Below, piece by piece: positions 21,501 through 31,569 of a stretch of 64,000 nucleotides of DNA. Position numbers and translations under genes: made by a program. The stretch spans positions 3,591 to 67,590 of the forward strand of contig URLV01000001.1 of the NCBI GenBank assembly GCA_900548725.1, in the 5' to 3' direction. The stretch comes from an uncultured Mycoplasmatota bacterium. Lineage in GTDB: Bacteria; Bacillota_I; Bacilli_A; RF39; UBA660. The stretch's first letter is position 1. Every line of letters starts with the position of its first letter. Below the pieces are notes generated by a model that had not been told where the DNA came from, ran no database searches, and was given only the letters and a program-made list of their open reading frames with translations.

Positions 21501-22775
21501 TAAAATATATTTAATTTTATTATCATTTCTAACATAATTTATAATTTCAATTTTTAAATCATCGTTACCCAAACTTTTAATTAACTCAATTTTCAGATAA
21601 GGATCAATATCACTGTTTTTAATAATTTTAATTTTATTATCATCACTTAACTTTTCTAAAACAAGCCAATCTTCTGAAAATATTAAGGGTAAAACGTTAC
21701 TTTTTTTTATAGATAAATATATATTAAGCTTAATTTTTTCATCTTTAATAGAATATAATATTTTTTTTCTGAAACTTTCAAACAATTTTTCATTTTTAAC
21801 AATTAAAACTTTTATATCATCAGGCATTTCTAAAAAACTATTACTTTCAATATAACCTTTTTTATTCAATTCTATCATGTAATCAATTAAAGTATTATCT
21901 AAATTATAAGTTTTATAAATATATTTATCATAAAAAATACTAACAACATCATATTTGTTTAAATATTTTTCATAATTAATATTTTTTAATACTTCTAATA
22001 TTTCATCTAAATTTAAATATTCTAATGTATCGCAAATGTCATTCGAATTTAATTTTTCCAATAAAATTTCATTTTTTAGCAGTTGAATTTTATCATTATT
22101 ATTAAAACTTTCCATAGCTTGTCTAATAACACTACTATAAATATTAATATCTTTATCCAAAACAATTTTTTTAAACTTATCCAAATCAGCATTTTGTAAA
22201 ATAATATTAAAACAATTCTTACTAATTTTATTATTTTTTAAATATTTTATTTGATTATCTAAACTCATAGAAGAAATAACTTGAGCTATTACATTAGAAC
22301 TTTTATAATCATTAATCATTTTTTGTTTTTCACCATCAGTCAAAGTATTTAAATATAAAGAAGTATGATTATACTTATTCAAATTTTCTTTTTTCATCTC
22401 TTCATTTTTAAAAGACATAATTAAATATTCTGATAAATCATTATCATATTTCATTAAATGTAAAAAACTATTTTTTTCATCATCAGTTAATCCAAATAAA
22501 GAAATATAATATCTATCAACATCATCAAAATACAAATACTCATTACTTATACTATTTAATATTTTTTTACTTTCTTCACGACTAAAAATATTAGATAAAA
22601 ACATTACTACATCTTTAGTATATTTTAAACGTTCTTCTAAAATATCATTATATTCTATGATATTATCAACAAATTGTAATCTATCAGAAAAAGAATAATT
22701 ATCAATAAAATAATTAGTATTGCTATTGTTTTTAATTTCATTAATTATTTTCTCTAAATCACTTTTCTTTATCAT
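18516..22775 (-). CDS. giant hypothetical protein (1419 aa), cytoplasmic (no signal peptide or TM), N/K/I-rich helical N-terminal 1000 aa and a Cys/His-containing C-terminal domain
   Basis: It is an uninterrupted 4.26-kb ORF. No known motifs were recognised. The C-terminus has ..TMGERTGACMRIKGHADSLFRFCLTDVNGFH.. Confidence 0.5.
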   Translation of the reverse strand: MIKKSDLEKIINEIKNNSNTNYFIDNYSFSDRLQFVDNIIEYNDILEERLKYTKDVVMFLSNIFSREESKKILNSISNEYLYFDDVDRYYISLFGLTDDEKNSFLHLMKYDNDLSEYLIMSFKNEEMKKENLNKYNHTSLYLNTLTDGEKQKMINDYKSSNVIAQVISSMSLDNQIKYLKNNKISKNCFNIILQNADLDKFKKIVLDKDINIYSSVIRQAMESFNNNDKIQLLKNEILLEKLNSNDICDTLEYLNLDEILEVLKNINYEKYLNKYDVVSIFYDKYIYKTYNLDNTLIDYMIELNKKGYIESNSFLEMPDDIKVLIVKNEKLFESFRKKILYSIKDEKIKLNIYLSIKKSNVLPLIFSEDWLVLEKLSDDNKIKIIKNSDIDPYLKIELIKSLGNDDLKIEIINYVRNDNKIKYILDDKILLEILEKFNDDNKRKYIINNSFDLDDLEISKLISSLSINEINTKFIVDNFNNFLYPDTIKLVQYFENILISVENYSIKIDLLKIIENNVDNLEDSFFPKLVICFKDKEYDNYKLYLLNKYNFKEKNDYIMFLNSIHSEDKKKECIEKIYVNSKTKALQILTNITGISDEYKIEFLDKFFELGANDNISIQQFIDSFKDVNLKIKYAIKYHLGIDYINNFMHDDDFINHGSLDEEVVKYYSEYYKCSYNHLVDLISKYGNVVYRFLNSENIINLLNLDDNNYKKIMNMFNVQEMILTNEQHIDNVLSVLLQKKFTLNNRNILGIFNRIRNYLISGNFKDLFKEIDEISYYLCDSKLKDIVIEDTNYISNTLKKYNYKKVDEFIKDLYDVNKINSNLEILNIFTNKYILEKRNEFVKNNFNKSKENLKLEETYEKNSFIREWIKTKDVETIIYYLKRIDVNNLTLEEKELLDNENLLKNIVLLKKGEKIENKNEVLQLMKIFSNLMDKFYLNKNSYKFICIDCKKLYNIPYSKEDTVSVLSNMNINLLKDNLLNNDVLYNDLLNLLRKYKLIGWGNTFSDLSNEVDLDIDKDTICSFLNNFYRIYPNLLEQNRHMNDERKMNGITTERSITLTSLLNEALIYASTSYKYTKLLGKEDFKLIKSNPGPNSAPYRSEVRLNDSVALIKEMYKREKISVPPLNENIEINNKKINVQITNSTDMTNLTMGERTGACMRIKGHADSLFRFCLTDVNGFHIKFMSDTGNFVSRVSGFRNGNTIFLNQLRYSVDSKYDAVDLIDALEKFSKMLIDKTKVDEIPIDNVVISDGFSMRSYTDKITNIHCDDIKKGLSSNFYSDVNSCAIVLATSRGNLTSIKLTDNKETLYDVSRQPVKLINNVYEIINEIDKIRMINDIVCGKDISDIQIYNESCGYKNLISSMYLGEDWYIVFDEFGNILDEFIIDRGFNKEFVCDEMNQVKNKIMGVSYEKNRNNKRL

Positions 22776-22865
22776 ATTTAAACCTCTACTATTATTAGTA
22801 TATCACAAAAATATTGCTAACAAATGCTAAGTTTTCAACTAACACAAACAATTAACAAAAAAATA

Positions 22866-23303
22866 CTAGTAAACACTAATATTTTTATTTTCTCTTTTCA
22901 AATCACGTTCCTTAATACTTTCTCTTTTATCATATAATTTTTTACCCTTACATAATCCAAGAAGTACTTTAGCATAATTTCCTTTAAAATATAATTTAAG
23001 TGGTATCAAACTATATCCATCTTTCATTACTTCACTTTTCAATTTAACAATTTCATTTCTTTTTAATAAAAGTTTTCTTTCTCTTCTTTCAGGAACATTA
23101 TATCTATTCCCCTCTTCATAAGGAGCAATATACATATTTATAATAAATACTTCACTATTTTTAATTCTAGCATATGTGTCTTTTAGATTAGTACTACCTT
23201 TTCTAATTGATTTAATTTCTGTACCAGATAAAACTATACCACATTCAATTTCTCTTTCAATAAAATAATCAAAATATGCTTTTCTATTCTTTATCTCCAT
23301 CAT
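22866..23303 (-). CDS. smpB: SsrA-binding protein SmpB (start at internal ATG with RBS GGTGGGGGA)
   Basis: The sequence KNRKAYFDYFIEREIECGIVLSGTEIKSIRKG...YNVPERRERKLLLKRNEI is canonical SmpB. It overlaps the rnr stop by about 20 nt. Confidence 0.9.
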   Translation of the reverse strand: MMEIKNRKAYFDYFIEREIECGIVLSGTEIKSIRKGSTNLKDTYARIKNSEVFIINMYIAPYEEGNRYNVPERRERKLLLKRNEIVKLKSEVMKDGYSLIPLKLYFKGNYAKVLLGLCKGKKLYDKRESIKERDLKRENKNISVY

Positions 23304-25398
23304 TTTTATCCCCCACCAACTCAAAATCAATAGTTCTAGCTTCTTTGCTAGCACCTACAACCTTTACACGTACTTTATCACCTAAAGTATAACGTTTCTT
23401 AGTATTCTGTCCAATCAAGCATAATAGTTCTTCAACATAATTATAGTAATCCCCCTTTAAACTATTTACATGAACCAAACCTTCAATTAAATTATCTAAT
23501 TCAACAAATAATCCAAAAGATTCTACACCACTTATAACACCATCATACTCTTCTCCAATATGTTTTTCCATATATTCAGCCATTTTCATGTCATCAACTT
23601 CACGTTCTGCATCAACACTAGCTTGTTCTCTTTCACTAGCTTGTCCAGCAATATAATCTAAGTTAGCGTTATAATAATCAATAGTTTCATTATCAATTTT
23701 ATTTTCATATAAATATTTTCTTAACAATCTATGAACTTCTAAATCAGGATAACGTCTAATAGGTGATGTAAAATGAGTATAACATTTGCTGCCCAATCCA
23801 AAGTGTCCTATATTATCTTTTTGATATACAGCCTTTCTCATACTACGTAATAACATACTAGAAAGTATTTTATATTGAGGAACATCTTTTAATTGATTTA
23901 ATAATTTTTGCATACTTACTGGAGTGAAATCTTTAACTTTTCCATTAACTTTATATCCAAGTAAACTAACTAATTTTAAAAATTTATCAATCTTATCAGC
24001 ATTTGGGACATCATGAACTCTATAAATAAATGGTAAATCCATATTATAAATGTGTGTTGCAACTGTTTCATTAGCAGCAATCATAAAATCTTCAATCATA
24101 CGTTCTGCATCTTCTCTAACTCTTTTTTCTATTCCAACAACATTTTTATCTTCATCAACAATAATCTTTGCCTCATCTAAATCAAAATCTATATATCCTC
24201 TTTTGATTTTATTTCTACGTAATATATGAGCTAACTCATTCATTTGTTTTAATACATCACCAAATTTCTCATAACTAGAATCAACAATATTACGCATAAT
24301 AATATCATTAACTTTCTTATAAGTCATTTTCTTTCTAGATTTTATAAATGATGGAAATATATCATAATCTACAACGTTACCTTCGTTATTTATTTTCATA
24401 ACGCAAGATTGTGTAAGTCTAACAACTCCTTCATTCAAAGAACAAATACCATTTGATAATTTATGAGGAAGCATAGGTATAACACTATCTGCCAAATAAG
24501 AACTAGTACCGCGACTTAAAGCATCTTTGTCAAGATAACTATTTTCAGTAACATAGTATGAAACATCTGCAATATGAACTCCTAAAACATGTAACCCATT
24601 TTCAAATTTATAACTAATTGCATCATCTATATCCTTAGTATCATCACCATCAATTGTAAAAATTACTTCATTAGTTAAATCTGTTCTTCCCTTTAATTCA
24701 TTATCACTTACAACATTAGGTATAGCATCTGTTTGTTCCATTGCTTTATTACTAAATTCTTCATAAATATTATATTTATAAGCGACTAACTTAATATCAA
24801 CACCAGGATCATCTTTATGACCAATAACTGTTGTTACTCTACCCATATACTTATTCTTAGACATCTCTTTAGTTATGCTAACAATAACTTTAGTACCTTC
24901 TACTAAACCATTAGTACTCTTAGAATCTAATTTTATATCTAACTTTTTATTCTTATCTTCCAACTTGACAAAAGGTTTGTTATCAACAAAATATATTTCA
25001 CCTATCAAATTACTTAAATCTCTATTTAAAACTCTAAGTACTCTACCTTCAGTTTTACCATGATTATTAATTATTTCAACTAATACTCTATCATCATTAA
25101 CAGCACCATTAATATTATCTTTATCAATATATATATCTTCCCCATCTTTAATAATTAGAAAACCAAATCCTTTTTTATTCAAAGATAATATACCTGCTTT
25201 TAAACTAGGACAATTCTTAAATAAAATATACTTATTCTTTTTAGTTTTATAAACAACACCATCTTTTTCTAATTCACATAAAACATTATTTAATCTACTT
25301 AAATCTTCTGGACTAGTTAATTCCAATAGATCATTAATTTCTATAACATCAAGTGCCTCATATCTATCACTCATTACATTAATTATTTGTTCTTTCAT
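23284..25398 (-). CDS. rnr: ribonuclease R
   Basis: It has an RNB catalytic domain (HFGLGSKCYTHFTSPIRRYPDLEVHR), cold-shock domains, and a C-terminal S1 with a lysine-rich tail. Length is 704 aa. Confidence 0.9.
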   Translation of the reverse strand: MKEQIINVMSDRYEALDVIEINDLLELTSPEDLSRLNNVLCELEKDGVVYKTKKNKYILFKNCPSLKAGILSLNKKGFGFLIIKDGEDIYIDKDNINGAVNDDRVLVEIINNHGKTEGRVLRVLNRDLSNLIGEIYFVDNKPFVKLEDKNKKLDIKLDSKSTNGLVEGTKVIVSITKEMSKNKYMGRVTTVIGHKDDPGVDIKLVAYKYNIYEEFSNKAMEQTDAIPNVVSDNELKGRTDLTNEVIFTIDGDDTKDIDDAISYKFENGLHVLGVHIADVSYYVTENSYLDKDALSRGTSSYLADSVIPMLPHKLSNGICSLNEGVVRLTQSCVMKINNEGNVVDYDIFPSFIKSRKKMTYKKVNDIIMRNIVDSSYEKFGDVLKQMNELAHILRRNKIKRGYIDFDLDEAKIIVDEDKNVVGIEKRVREDAERMIEDFMIAANETVATHIYNMDLPFIYRVHDVPNADKIDKFLKLVSLLGYKVNGKVKDFTPVSMQKLLNQLKDVPQYKILSSMLLRSMRKAVYQKDNIGHFGLGSKCYTHFTSPIRRYPDLEVHRLLRKYLYENKIDNETIDYYNANLDYIAGQASEREQASVDAEREVDDMKMAEYMEKHIGEEYDGVISGVESFGLFVELDNLIEGLVHVNSLKGDYYNYVEELLCLIGQNTKKRYTLGDKVRVKVVGASKEARTIDFELVGDKNDGDKE

Positions 25399-25475
25399 AA
25401 TATCACATACCCTTTAAAAAATTATATCATTAAAAAAGCATAAATACTATAATATTCATGCTTAAAAGTGTAAAC

Positions 25476-25691
25476 TTATTTAATATATAATATAAATGAT
25501 ATTATAAAGAATACAGCACCTAAAACAGCAGTTAATCTAGTAATGAATAATTCTGATCCTCTTTCTTTTTGTTTAGAAAATAAATCAGCATTACCACCAC
25601 TTATTATTTGTGCTCCATTGCTAGCTTTATTACTTTGTAATAAAACTAATACTATTAATAATATCGAAACAACCATTAATACAGTTTCCAT
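25476..25691 (-). CDS. secG: preprotein translocase subunit SecG
   Basis: It is 71 aa with two TM segments and the central LQSNKASNGAQIISGG motif. It lies upstream of rnr-smpB, as in Bacillus/Clostridia. Confidence 0.8.
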   Translation of the reverse strand: METVLMVVSILLIVLVLLQSNKASNGAQIISGGNADLFSKQKERGSELFITRLTAVLGAVFFIISFILYIK

Positions 25692-25854
25692 TTAATCACC
25701 TTCCGTTATATCACTAAATATCAATAATTAATTTATCATAAATTAAGAAGTATTTCAACTAATAAATAATAAATATATAAATTTAATCTATCATACAAAA
25801 ATTAAATTGTCAATAAACTATATATTTGTTATAATTATATATAGGTGAATAAGC

Positions 25855-27099
25855 ATGAGAATGATAGAAATAAGTAAAGAAAAATTTGAGGAATTTGCAA
25901 ATAAAACCCCATATAGTAACTACTGTCAAACAGCAAATTATGGAATGGTAATGTCAGAAACAGGATTTGATTATTCTTTTGTTGCTTACACTACTAACGA
26001 CTTAGAAATACTTGCCGCGGGCATGTTTTTAACAAAAAAAATTGGTAAAAGATACTACTATGCATATTGTCCTAAAGGATTTATTATTGATTACAATGAT
26101 ACTGAATTAGTAAGAAAATTTACAAGAAATTTAATTAAATATTATAAAAGGAAAAAAATAATATTCTTAAAAATTAATCCTGAAATACCTATAGCCACAA
26201 TAGATTATAAAAATAATTTTGAAAGAATAACAAACGAAAACACAAATATATTAGATAACCTAAAAAATCTAGGTTTCAAAAAAAGAAAAGAATTAGTTCC
26301 ATTAGAATTATTACAACCAAAATTAACTGCATTAGTAAATTTGAGAGAATATGATGTAAATAAATTAGAAAAAAAAATTAGGAGTAATATATTAAAAAGT
26401 GAAAATAATGGTTTAGAACTAATTATAGGAGATGGAACAAAAGTAGAAATATTATATGAATTCATTAAAAATATGAAAGATAGAAGTTTAAACTATTATA
26501 GAAACTTTTATAATGCTTTTAAAAGAGAAGAAAAAGCAGATTTACTATTAGTAAAAGTTAACTACGAAACTTATTTAATAAATGCAAAAAAAAGAGTAGA
26601 AGAAGAACAAGTTAAAAATGAAGAATTAAATGCACGTTTAAGAACAGATACTAGTGAAAAAAACTTGAACGAAAAAATGAATTCAGATAAAGCATTAGAA
26701 CAATACAAACAAGATGTTATATTTGCAACAGAAGGAATGAAAAGAAGTGAAGATACTTATATTGCTGGAGCAATTACTGTTAAATATAAGGACAAAGTTA
26801 GTATCTTTATTGCTGGCGTAGATAAAAATTATAATTATCTAAATCCTAATTACTTCTTACATCATAAAATATTTGAAATGTATAAAAATGATTATAATAT
26901 ATGTGACATAAATGGCATTGCTGATGATTTTGAAAACGAATCTAAATTCAAAGGATTAAATAGATTTAAAATAGGTTTTAATCCAGAAATAGTAGAATAT
27001 ATAGGAGAACTAGATTTAGTAATCAACAATTGGGGATTTAAAAGAGTAGAAAAAAACAATTTATTATCAAATGAATTTACAAAGAAAAAAGATGTTTAA
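25855..27099 (+). CDS. FemAB-family peptidoglycan branch aminoacyltransferase
   Basis: Length is 414 aa. The N-terminus MIEISKEKFEEFANKTPYSNYCQTANYGMV..., a central coiled-coil insert and a C-terminal ...FKIGFNPEIVEYIGE... are characteristic of the FemA/FemX/MurM family. Confidence 0.65.
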   Translation: MRMIEISKEKFEEFANKTPYSNYCQTANYGMVMSETGFDYSFVAYTTNDLEILAAGMFLTKKIGKRYYYAYCPKGFIIDYNDTELVRKFTRNLIKYYKRKKIIFLKINPEIPIATIDYKNNFERITNENTNILDNLKNLGFKKRKELVPLELLQPKLTALVNLREYDVNKLEKKIRSNILKSENNGLELIIGDGTKVEILYEFIKNMKDRSLNYYRNFYNAFKREEKADLLLVKVNYETYLINAKKRVEEEQVKNEELNARLRTDTSEKNLNEKMNSDKALEQYKQDVIFATEGMKRSEDTYIAGAITVKYKDKVSIFIAGVDKNYNYLNPNYFLHHKIFEMYKNDYNICDINGIADDFENESKFKGLNRFKIGFNPEIVEYIGELDLVINNWGFKRVEKNNLLSNEFTKKKDV

Positions 27100-27247
27100 A
27101 ACTTAATCGCTTAAACATCTTTTATTATACTCTTTAAACATATTAATTAATTTTCACACTAATTTTTTATAAAATAACAATTTAAATATCAATTATCTTG
27201 TATGTTTTTACATAAAAAAGAGTTCTAAAAACTAGAAACTCATCTTA

Positions 27248-29050
27248 TTATCTATTATTTCTATATCTATCTTTAGGATCTAGTATAGCTTTTCTAATTC
27301 TAATAGCATCAGGTGTAACTTCAACATATTCATCATCTTCAATAAATTCTAAAGCCTCTTCTAATGAGAATGTTTTTGGTGGTACTAATTGAATAGCATC
27401 ATCACTACTTTTACTTCTTGTATTAGACATTTCCTTATTTTTACAAGGATTTACATTTAAATCGTTATCACGATTATTTATACCAACTACCATACCCACA
27501 TAAACATCAGTTGCAGGTCCAACAATCAATGTACCTCTATCTTGTAAATTAAATAAAGAATATCCTAAAGTCTTACCAGTTTCCATTGAAACTAATACAC
27601 CATTTTTACGAGTAGTTAAATCACCAGCATAAGGTTTATATTCATCAAAACTACGTACCATAACACCTTCACCCTTAGTATTAGTTATAAATGCACTTCT
27701 ATAACCAATCAAACCACGTGTAGGAGCACTAAATTCCATATGAGTGTAATTATCATCAGTAGTTTGCATTGATAAAAGTAATCCTTTTCTTTCTTGTAAA
27801 TCACTAATAATTGTACTAGCATAATCACTAGGAGTATTAACAATTACTTTTTCAAATGGTTCACATTTAACACCATCAATTTCCTTAATTAATACTTGAG
27901 GTTTTGAAACAGATAATTCATATCCTTCTCTTCTCATATTTTCTAGAAGTACAGATAAATGCAATTCTCCACGACCACTAACTTTAAAACCATCACTATT
28001 TTCTAATTCTTCTACTTCTAATCCAACATTAGTTTCAAGTTCCTTTTCTAATCTTTCTCTTAAATGTCTATTAGTTAAGAACTTACCACTTTGTCCAGCA
28101 AAAGGACTATTATTAACTAAGAAATTCATAGACAATGTAGGTCTATCAATATGTATTGAAGGTAACGGATTAGGTTTTCCTAAACTACAAACAGTATCAC
28201 CTATACTTATAGTACTACATCCAGCAATAGTAACTATATCACCATAATAAGCTTCTTTCTTCTCTACTCTGTTAATACCTTCATTAACAAACAATTTACT
28301 AATTCTAAAATTAGATTCTTTACCATCATTGCTAATTAAAGTAACGTTTTCTCCAGCTTTAATCATACCTTTATTAACTCTACCAATACCAAGTCTACCA
28401 ATATAATCATCATAATCTAATTGACTTATTTGTAATTGTAAATCATCATTTTCATTACCTTCAAATGGTTTTACTTGTTCTAAAACTGTATCTAAAAGTG
28501 GACTAATAGAATCTTCCATATTATTTAAATCTCTAGTAGATTTACCTTGTTTTGCAATACCATAAACAATTGGAAAATCTAATTGTTCATCATTAGCATT
28601 CAAATCACAAAATAAATCAAATGTCATATTAACAACTTCTTCAGGTCTTGCATCCTTTTTATCAATCTTATTAATAAATAATATAGGTCTTAAATTTTGT
28701 TCTAAAGCTTTATTTAAAACAAATCTAGTTTGAGGCATAGGACCTTCTGCACTATCAACTATTAATATAACAGTATCTACAGTTTTAATAACACGTTCAA
28801 CTTCACTTGAAAAATCAGCATGTCCTGGAGTATCTACAATATTTATTTTATAATCTTTATATCTTATAGCACAATTCTTAGAATAAATTGTAATACCTCT
28901 TTCTCTTTCAAGATCATTAGAGTCCATTACACAATCTACAACTTCTTCATTTTCTCTAAAAACACCATTTTGTTCAAGTAATGCATCTACTAAAGTACTT
29001 TTACCAGCATCTACGTGAGCAACAACAGCAACATTAATTATCTTATCCAT
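27248..29050 (-). CDS. typA: translational GTPase TypA/BipA (start at ATG with RBS AAGGGAAG; track start 29059 is GTG)
   Basis: It carries G1 [21 protein letters not shown], and the EF-G-like domains. Confidence 0.9.
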   Translation of the reverse strand: MDKIINVAVVAHVDAGKSTLVDALLEQNGVFRENEEVVDCVMDSNDLERERGITIYSKNCAIRYKDYKINIVDTPGHADFSSEVERVIKTVDTVILIVDSAEGPMPQTRFVLNKALEQNLRPILFINKIDKKDARPEEVVNMTFDLFCDLNANDEQLDFPIVYGIAKQGKSTRDLNNMEDSISPLLDTVLEQVKPFEGNENDDLQLQISQLDYDDYIGRLGIGRVNKGMIKAGENVTLISNDGKESNFRISKLFVNEGINRVEKKEAYYGDIVTIAGCSTISIGDTVCSLGKPNPLPSIHIDRPTLSMNFLVNNSPFAGQSGKFLTNRHLRERLEKELETNVGLEVEELENSDGFKVSGRGELHLSVLLENMRREGYELSVSKPQVLIKEIDGVKCEPFEKVIVNTPSDYASTIISDLQERKGLLLSMQTTDDNYTHMEFSAPTRGLIGYRSAFITNTKGEGVMVRSFDEYKPYAGDLTTRKNGVLVSMETGKTLGYSLFNLQDRGTLIVGPATDVYVGMVVGINNRDNDLNVNPCKNKEMSNTRSKSSDDAIQLVPPKTFSLEEALEFIEDDEYVEVTPDAIRIRKAILDPKDRYRNNR

Positions 29051-29120
29051 ATAAAACACTTCCCTTTTTTAATAACTAGTTAATCATACAACAAATAATA
29101 TAGTTTTGCAAGAAAAAATG

Positions 29121-29840
29121 CTATTTAACTAGCTTTTTCTCCATTTCTTTAACACTTATTTCTATATCTTGTAAATCTCTAACAAACTTTCTATCAACAA
29201 AATAATCAGCACCAATAACACTATTTAATGTATTAAGCATATTTATAAGTGTATTGATCATACTTTTGTACATATAACCACGATTTTCAAAATCTATTAA
29301 AGATAAATCAAAATCAATTAATTTAATATTATTATTAACTAAAAGAAAATTTTTAGCATGAGCATCACAATAAATAATACCATTTATATATAACTCATTA
29401 ATAATATCAATAATTTTCTTATAATATTTAACAACATTAACATTTTTTGTTCTTTTAGCATAAGAAAAAATTGTTTCACTATTAGGATAATACGGAATTA
29501 TTTGGCCAATAATATTTCCTTCACATGTAACTAGTCCCTTAGGAAAATCAGTTAACTTTACATTATCTTTCCTCTTATTTAATTGATAAACTAATTTTTC
29601 ATCATTATATCCATTAAAACCATAATCAGCGAATTCATCATAAATTCTATATGCTATATCTTCATTTTCTTTATCTTGATAAATATATACTCCATTTTCC
29701 TTACCAAAAACATTTTGTTCTCTATCAGTTTGATTTACAAATTTACCAATATTACATAACTCTTCTTTTTTAAAAGCTTTTTCTATTACTCCATAATACT
29801 TTACGCCTTTTTTATTAACATAATCTTTATTAATATCCAT
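29121..29840 (-). CDS. small protein-kinase-like fold protein (Kdo/RIO/APH-like catalytic loop)
   Basis: The motifs IIYCDAHAKNFLL and KLIDFDLS correspond to the H/D-x-x-x-x-N catalytic loop and the DFD metal-binding motif of the kinase-like superfamily. Length is 239 aa. Confidence 0.4.
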   Translation of the reverse strand: MDINKDYVNKKGVKYYGVIEKAFKKEELCNIGKFVNQTDREQNVFGKENGVYIYQDKENEDIAYRIYDEFADYGFNGYNDEKLVYQLNKRKDNVKLTDFPKGLVTCEGNIIGQIIPYYPNSETIFSYAKRTKNVNVVKYYKKIIDIINELYINGIIYCDAHAKNFLLVNNNIKLIDFDLSLIDFENRGYMYKSMINTLINMLNTLNSVIGADYFVDRKFVRDLQDIEISVKEMEKKLVK

Positions 29841-29869
29841 ACCTAATTCCCCCTCTTATTCAATTTTTA

Positions 29870-31096
29870 TTATATTTTCTTTATTAATGTTTTATTTTTT
29901 TTACTCAATCTAATAGTATCTGATAATATCATACTTTCCTCATCAGTAGGTACAACATATACTGGACATTTTGAATCACTTGTAGTTATTATACCTTCTT
30001 TTATTTCTTTAAAACTAGCAACTTTATCATTCAATTCATTATCTAATTTACTATTAATAATATTAGATATATAATTAACAACTTCTCTTCTAACATAACT
30101 ATTATTTTCACCAACACCAGCAGTAAAAACTATTGCATCAACATTACCTTTTAATAAGAAATAATATTCAGCAATATATTTAATAATTGAATTAATATAA
30201 ATCTTCATGGCAAGTATAGCGTTTTTATCGCCTTTACTAATTAGTTCATCAACGTCTCTTAAATCACTCTTACCGCATAATCCAATCATACCAGATTGTT
30301 TATTTAGTTCATCAGTAATAACATCAACACTTTTACCAGTTTTATTAACTAGATAATCTACAATTGCTGGATCAATTGATCCAGAACGAGTTCCCATCAT
30401 TAATCCATCTAATGGAGTAAGTCCCATACTTGTATCAACACATTGTCCATTTTCTATAGCACAAACACTAGCACCACTACCGATATGACAAACTATTAAA
30501 TTAGGATTATTTATTTCTAATTTATCTTTCATAACATTATTTATATAATTATAACTAGTTCCATGAAAACCATATTTACGAACACCATATTTTTCATAAT
30601 ATTCATATTTTATAGGATATATATATCTCTCACTTTTCATAGTTTGATGAAATGCAGTATCAAATACAGCAACTTGTTTAACATCAGGAAGTATATTTTT
30701 CATACATTCAATAATAGATATTTCACCAGGTAAATGAAGTCCCCCTAAATCAATTATAGATTTTAAATTATTTATTACATCATCATCAATTATAACTGAC
30801 TCATTATAAAATTCAGCACCATGTAAAACTCTATGACCTATTCCACTAATTTCACTTATTTCATTTATAAATTTATTAGCTAATAATTCATTAATCATAA
30901 CATTACAAGCATCAATATGATTCATAATTTCACAATTTTTTTCAACTTTTTTACCATCATATTTCAAAGTATAGAAACTATCTTCTAACCCTATCTTTTG
31001 TATATATCCATTAACCATTTCTTCTTTATTAGTATTATATAAAGAAAACTTTAATGAACTACTACCACCATTAATTACCAAATACTTACTATCCAT
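29870..31096 (-). CDS. ackA: acetate kinase (start at ATG with RBS AGGAGG; track start 31153)
   Basis: The N-terminus is MDSKYLVINGGSSSLKFSLY. It also has VCHIGSGASV and VFTAGVGEN. Confidence 0.9.
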   Translation of the reverse strand: MDSKYLVINGGSSSLKFSLYNTNKEEMVNGYIQKIGLEDSFYTLKYDGKKVEKNCEIMNHIDACNVMINELLANKFINEISEISGIGHRVLHGAEFYNESVIIDDDVINNLKSIIDLGGLHLPGEISIIECMKNILPDVKQVAVFDTAFHQTMKSERYIYPIKYEYYEKYGVRKYGFHGTSYNYINNVMKDKLEINNPNLIVCHIGSGASVCAIENGQCVDTSMGLTPLDGLMMGTRSGSIDPAIVDYLVNKTGKSVDVITDELNKQSGMIGLCGKSDLRDVDELISKGDKNAILAMKIYINSIIKYIAEYYFLLKGNVDAIVFTAGVGENNSYVRREVVNYISNIINSKLDNELNDKVASFKEIKEGIITTSDSKCPVYVVPTDEESMILSDTIRLSKKNKTLIKKI

Positions 31097-31222
31097 AACC
31101 AAACCTCCTAAGTAATTGATATATATAATACAAAAAAATACGTATTTTGTCAAATTCGAAATACGTACATTTATTCTTATCTAGAATTGTCATTTTTGTA
31201 TCGCAACACCTTCACTTTAATG

Positions 31223-31423
31223 TTAGTAGGCATAGCTTTCCATTCCTAATAATAATTTCTTTTTTAAACGTACTATAAAAGATTGTATATTTTTATAATT
31301 AGTTAACTTTAATACAACATCATATATACTTATATAATACTTTTTATCTTCTAATACAATATAAGTTCTAATACTTTCATCATGATGCATTTTATTTATT
31401 ATCTGTAATTTATTTTTCATCAA
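31223..31423 (-). CDS. small BRO-N-like (phage antirepressor N-terminal domain-like) protein, 66 aa
   Basis: The sequence ESIRTYIVLEDKKYYISIYDVVLKLTNYKN matches the core pattern of BRO-N/KilA-N-like DNA-binding domains (IR..v.dge.wF.a.Dva..L). The RBS is GGAGGG. Confidence 0.3.
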   Translation of the reverse strand: MMKNKLQIINKMHHDESIRTYIVLEDKKYYISIYDVVLKLTNYKNIQSFIVRLKKKLLLGMESYAY

Positions 31424-31439
31424 AACCCTCCATTATCAA

Positions 31440-31470
31440 TTGACAACTATATATAATAAATGTTATTATT
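31440..31470 (+). promoter_or_regulatory. sigma-A promoter TTGACA-N18-TATTAT driving the small RNA of repeat copy 1
   Basis: The hexamers are consensus-like. The same TTGACA/TATTAT pair sits at the equivalent position of copy 2. Confidence 0.5.
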
Positions 31471-31476
31471 TAATCA

Positions 31477-31558
31477 AGTAGAACGTCTACCCCCTGTAGG
31501 TTAGATATCTACCTTTGTTGGTCAGACATCCGTCCTAACTGAGTGGCGGATGTTTTTA
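31477..31558 (+). ncRNA. candidate small RNA (~80 nt) ending in an intrinsic terminator; antisense or convergent to the 24-aa peptide ORF (copy 1)
   Basis: The transcription start is inferred 7 nt after the -10. It has a 5' hairpin GTAGAacgTCTAC and a terminator CATCCGtcctaactgagtgGCGGATG followed by TTTTTATTTT. Confidence 0.45.
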
Positions 31559-31569
31559 TTTTAATTTAA

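Noticed and set aside
22776-22865. Expected a tmRNA immediately downstream of smpB
   Set aside because: The intergenic gap is only about 90 bp and shows no tRNA-like end. The tmRNA is instead at 61234-61590.
24875-26465. ORFs 24875-25063 (+) and 26205-26465 (-) inside rnr and the FemAB-family gene
   Set aside because: They are antisense shadow ORFs within conserved genes.
27100-27247. Imperfect inverted repeat GAGTTCTAaaaacTAGAAACTC between convergent FemAB and typA genes
   Set aside because: It is probably just a bidirectional terminator. The stem is imperfect and nothing else is notable.
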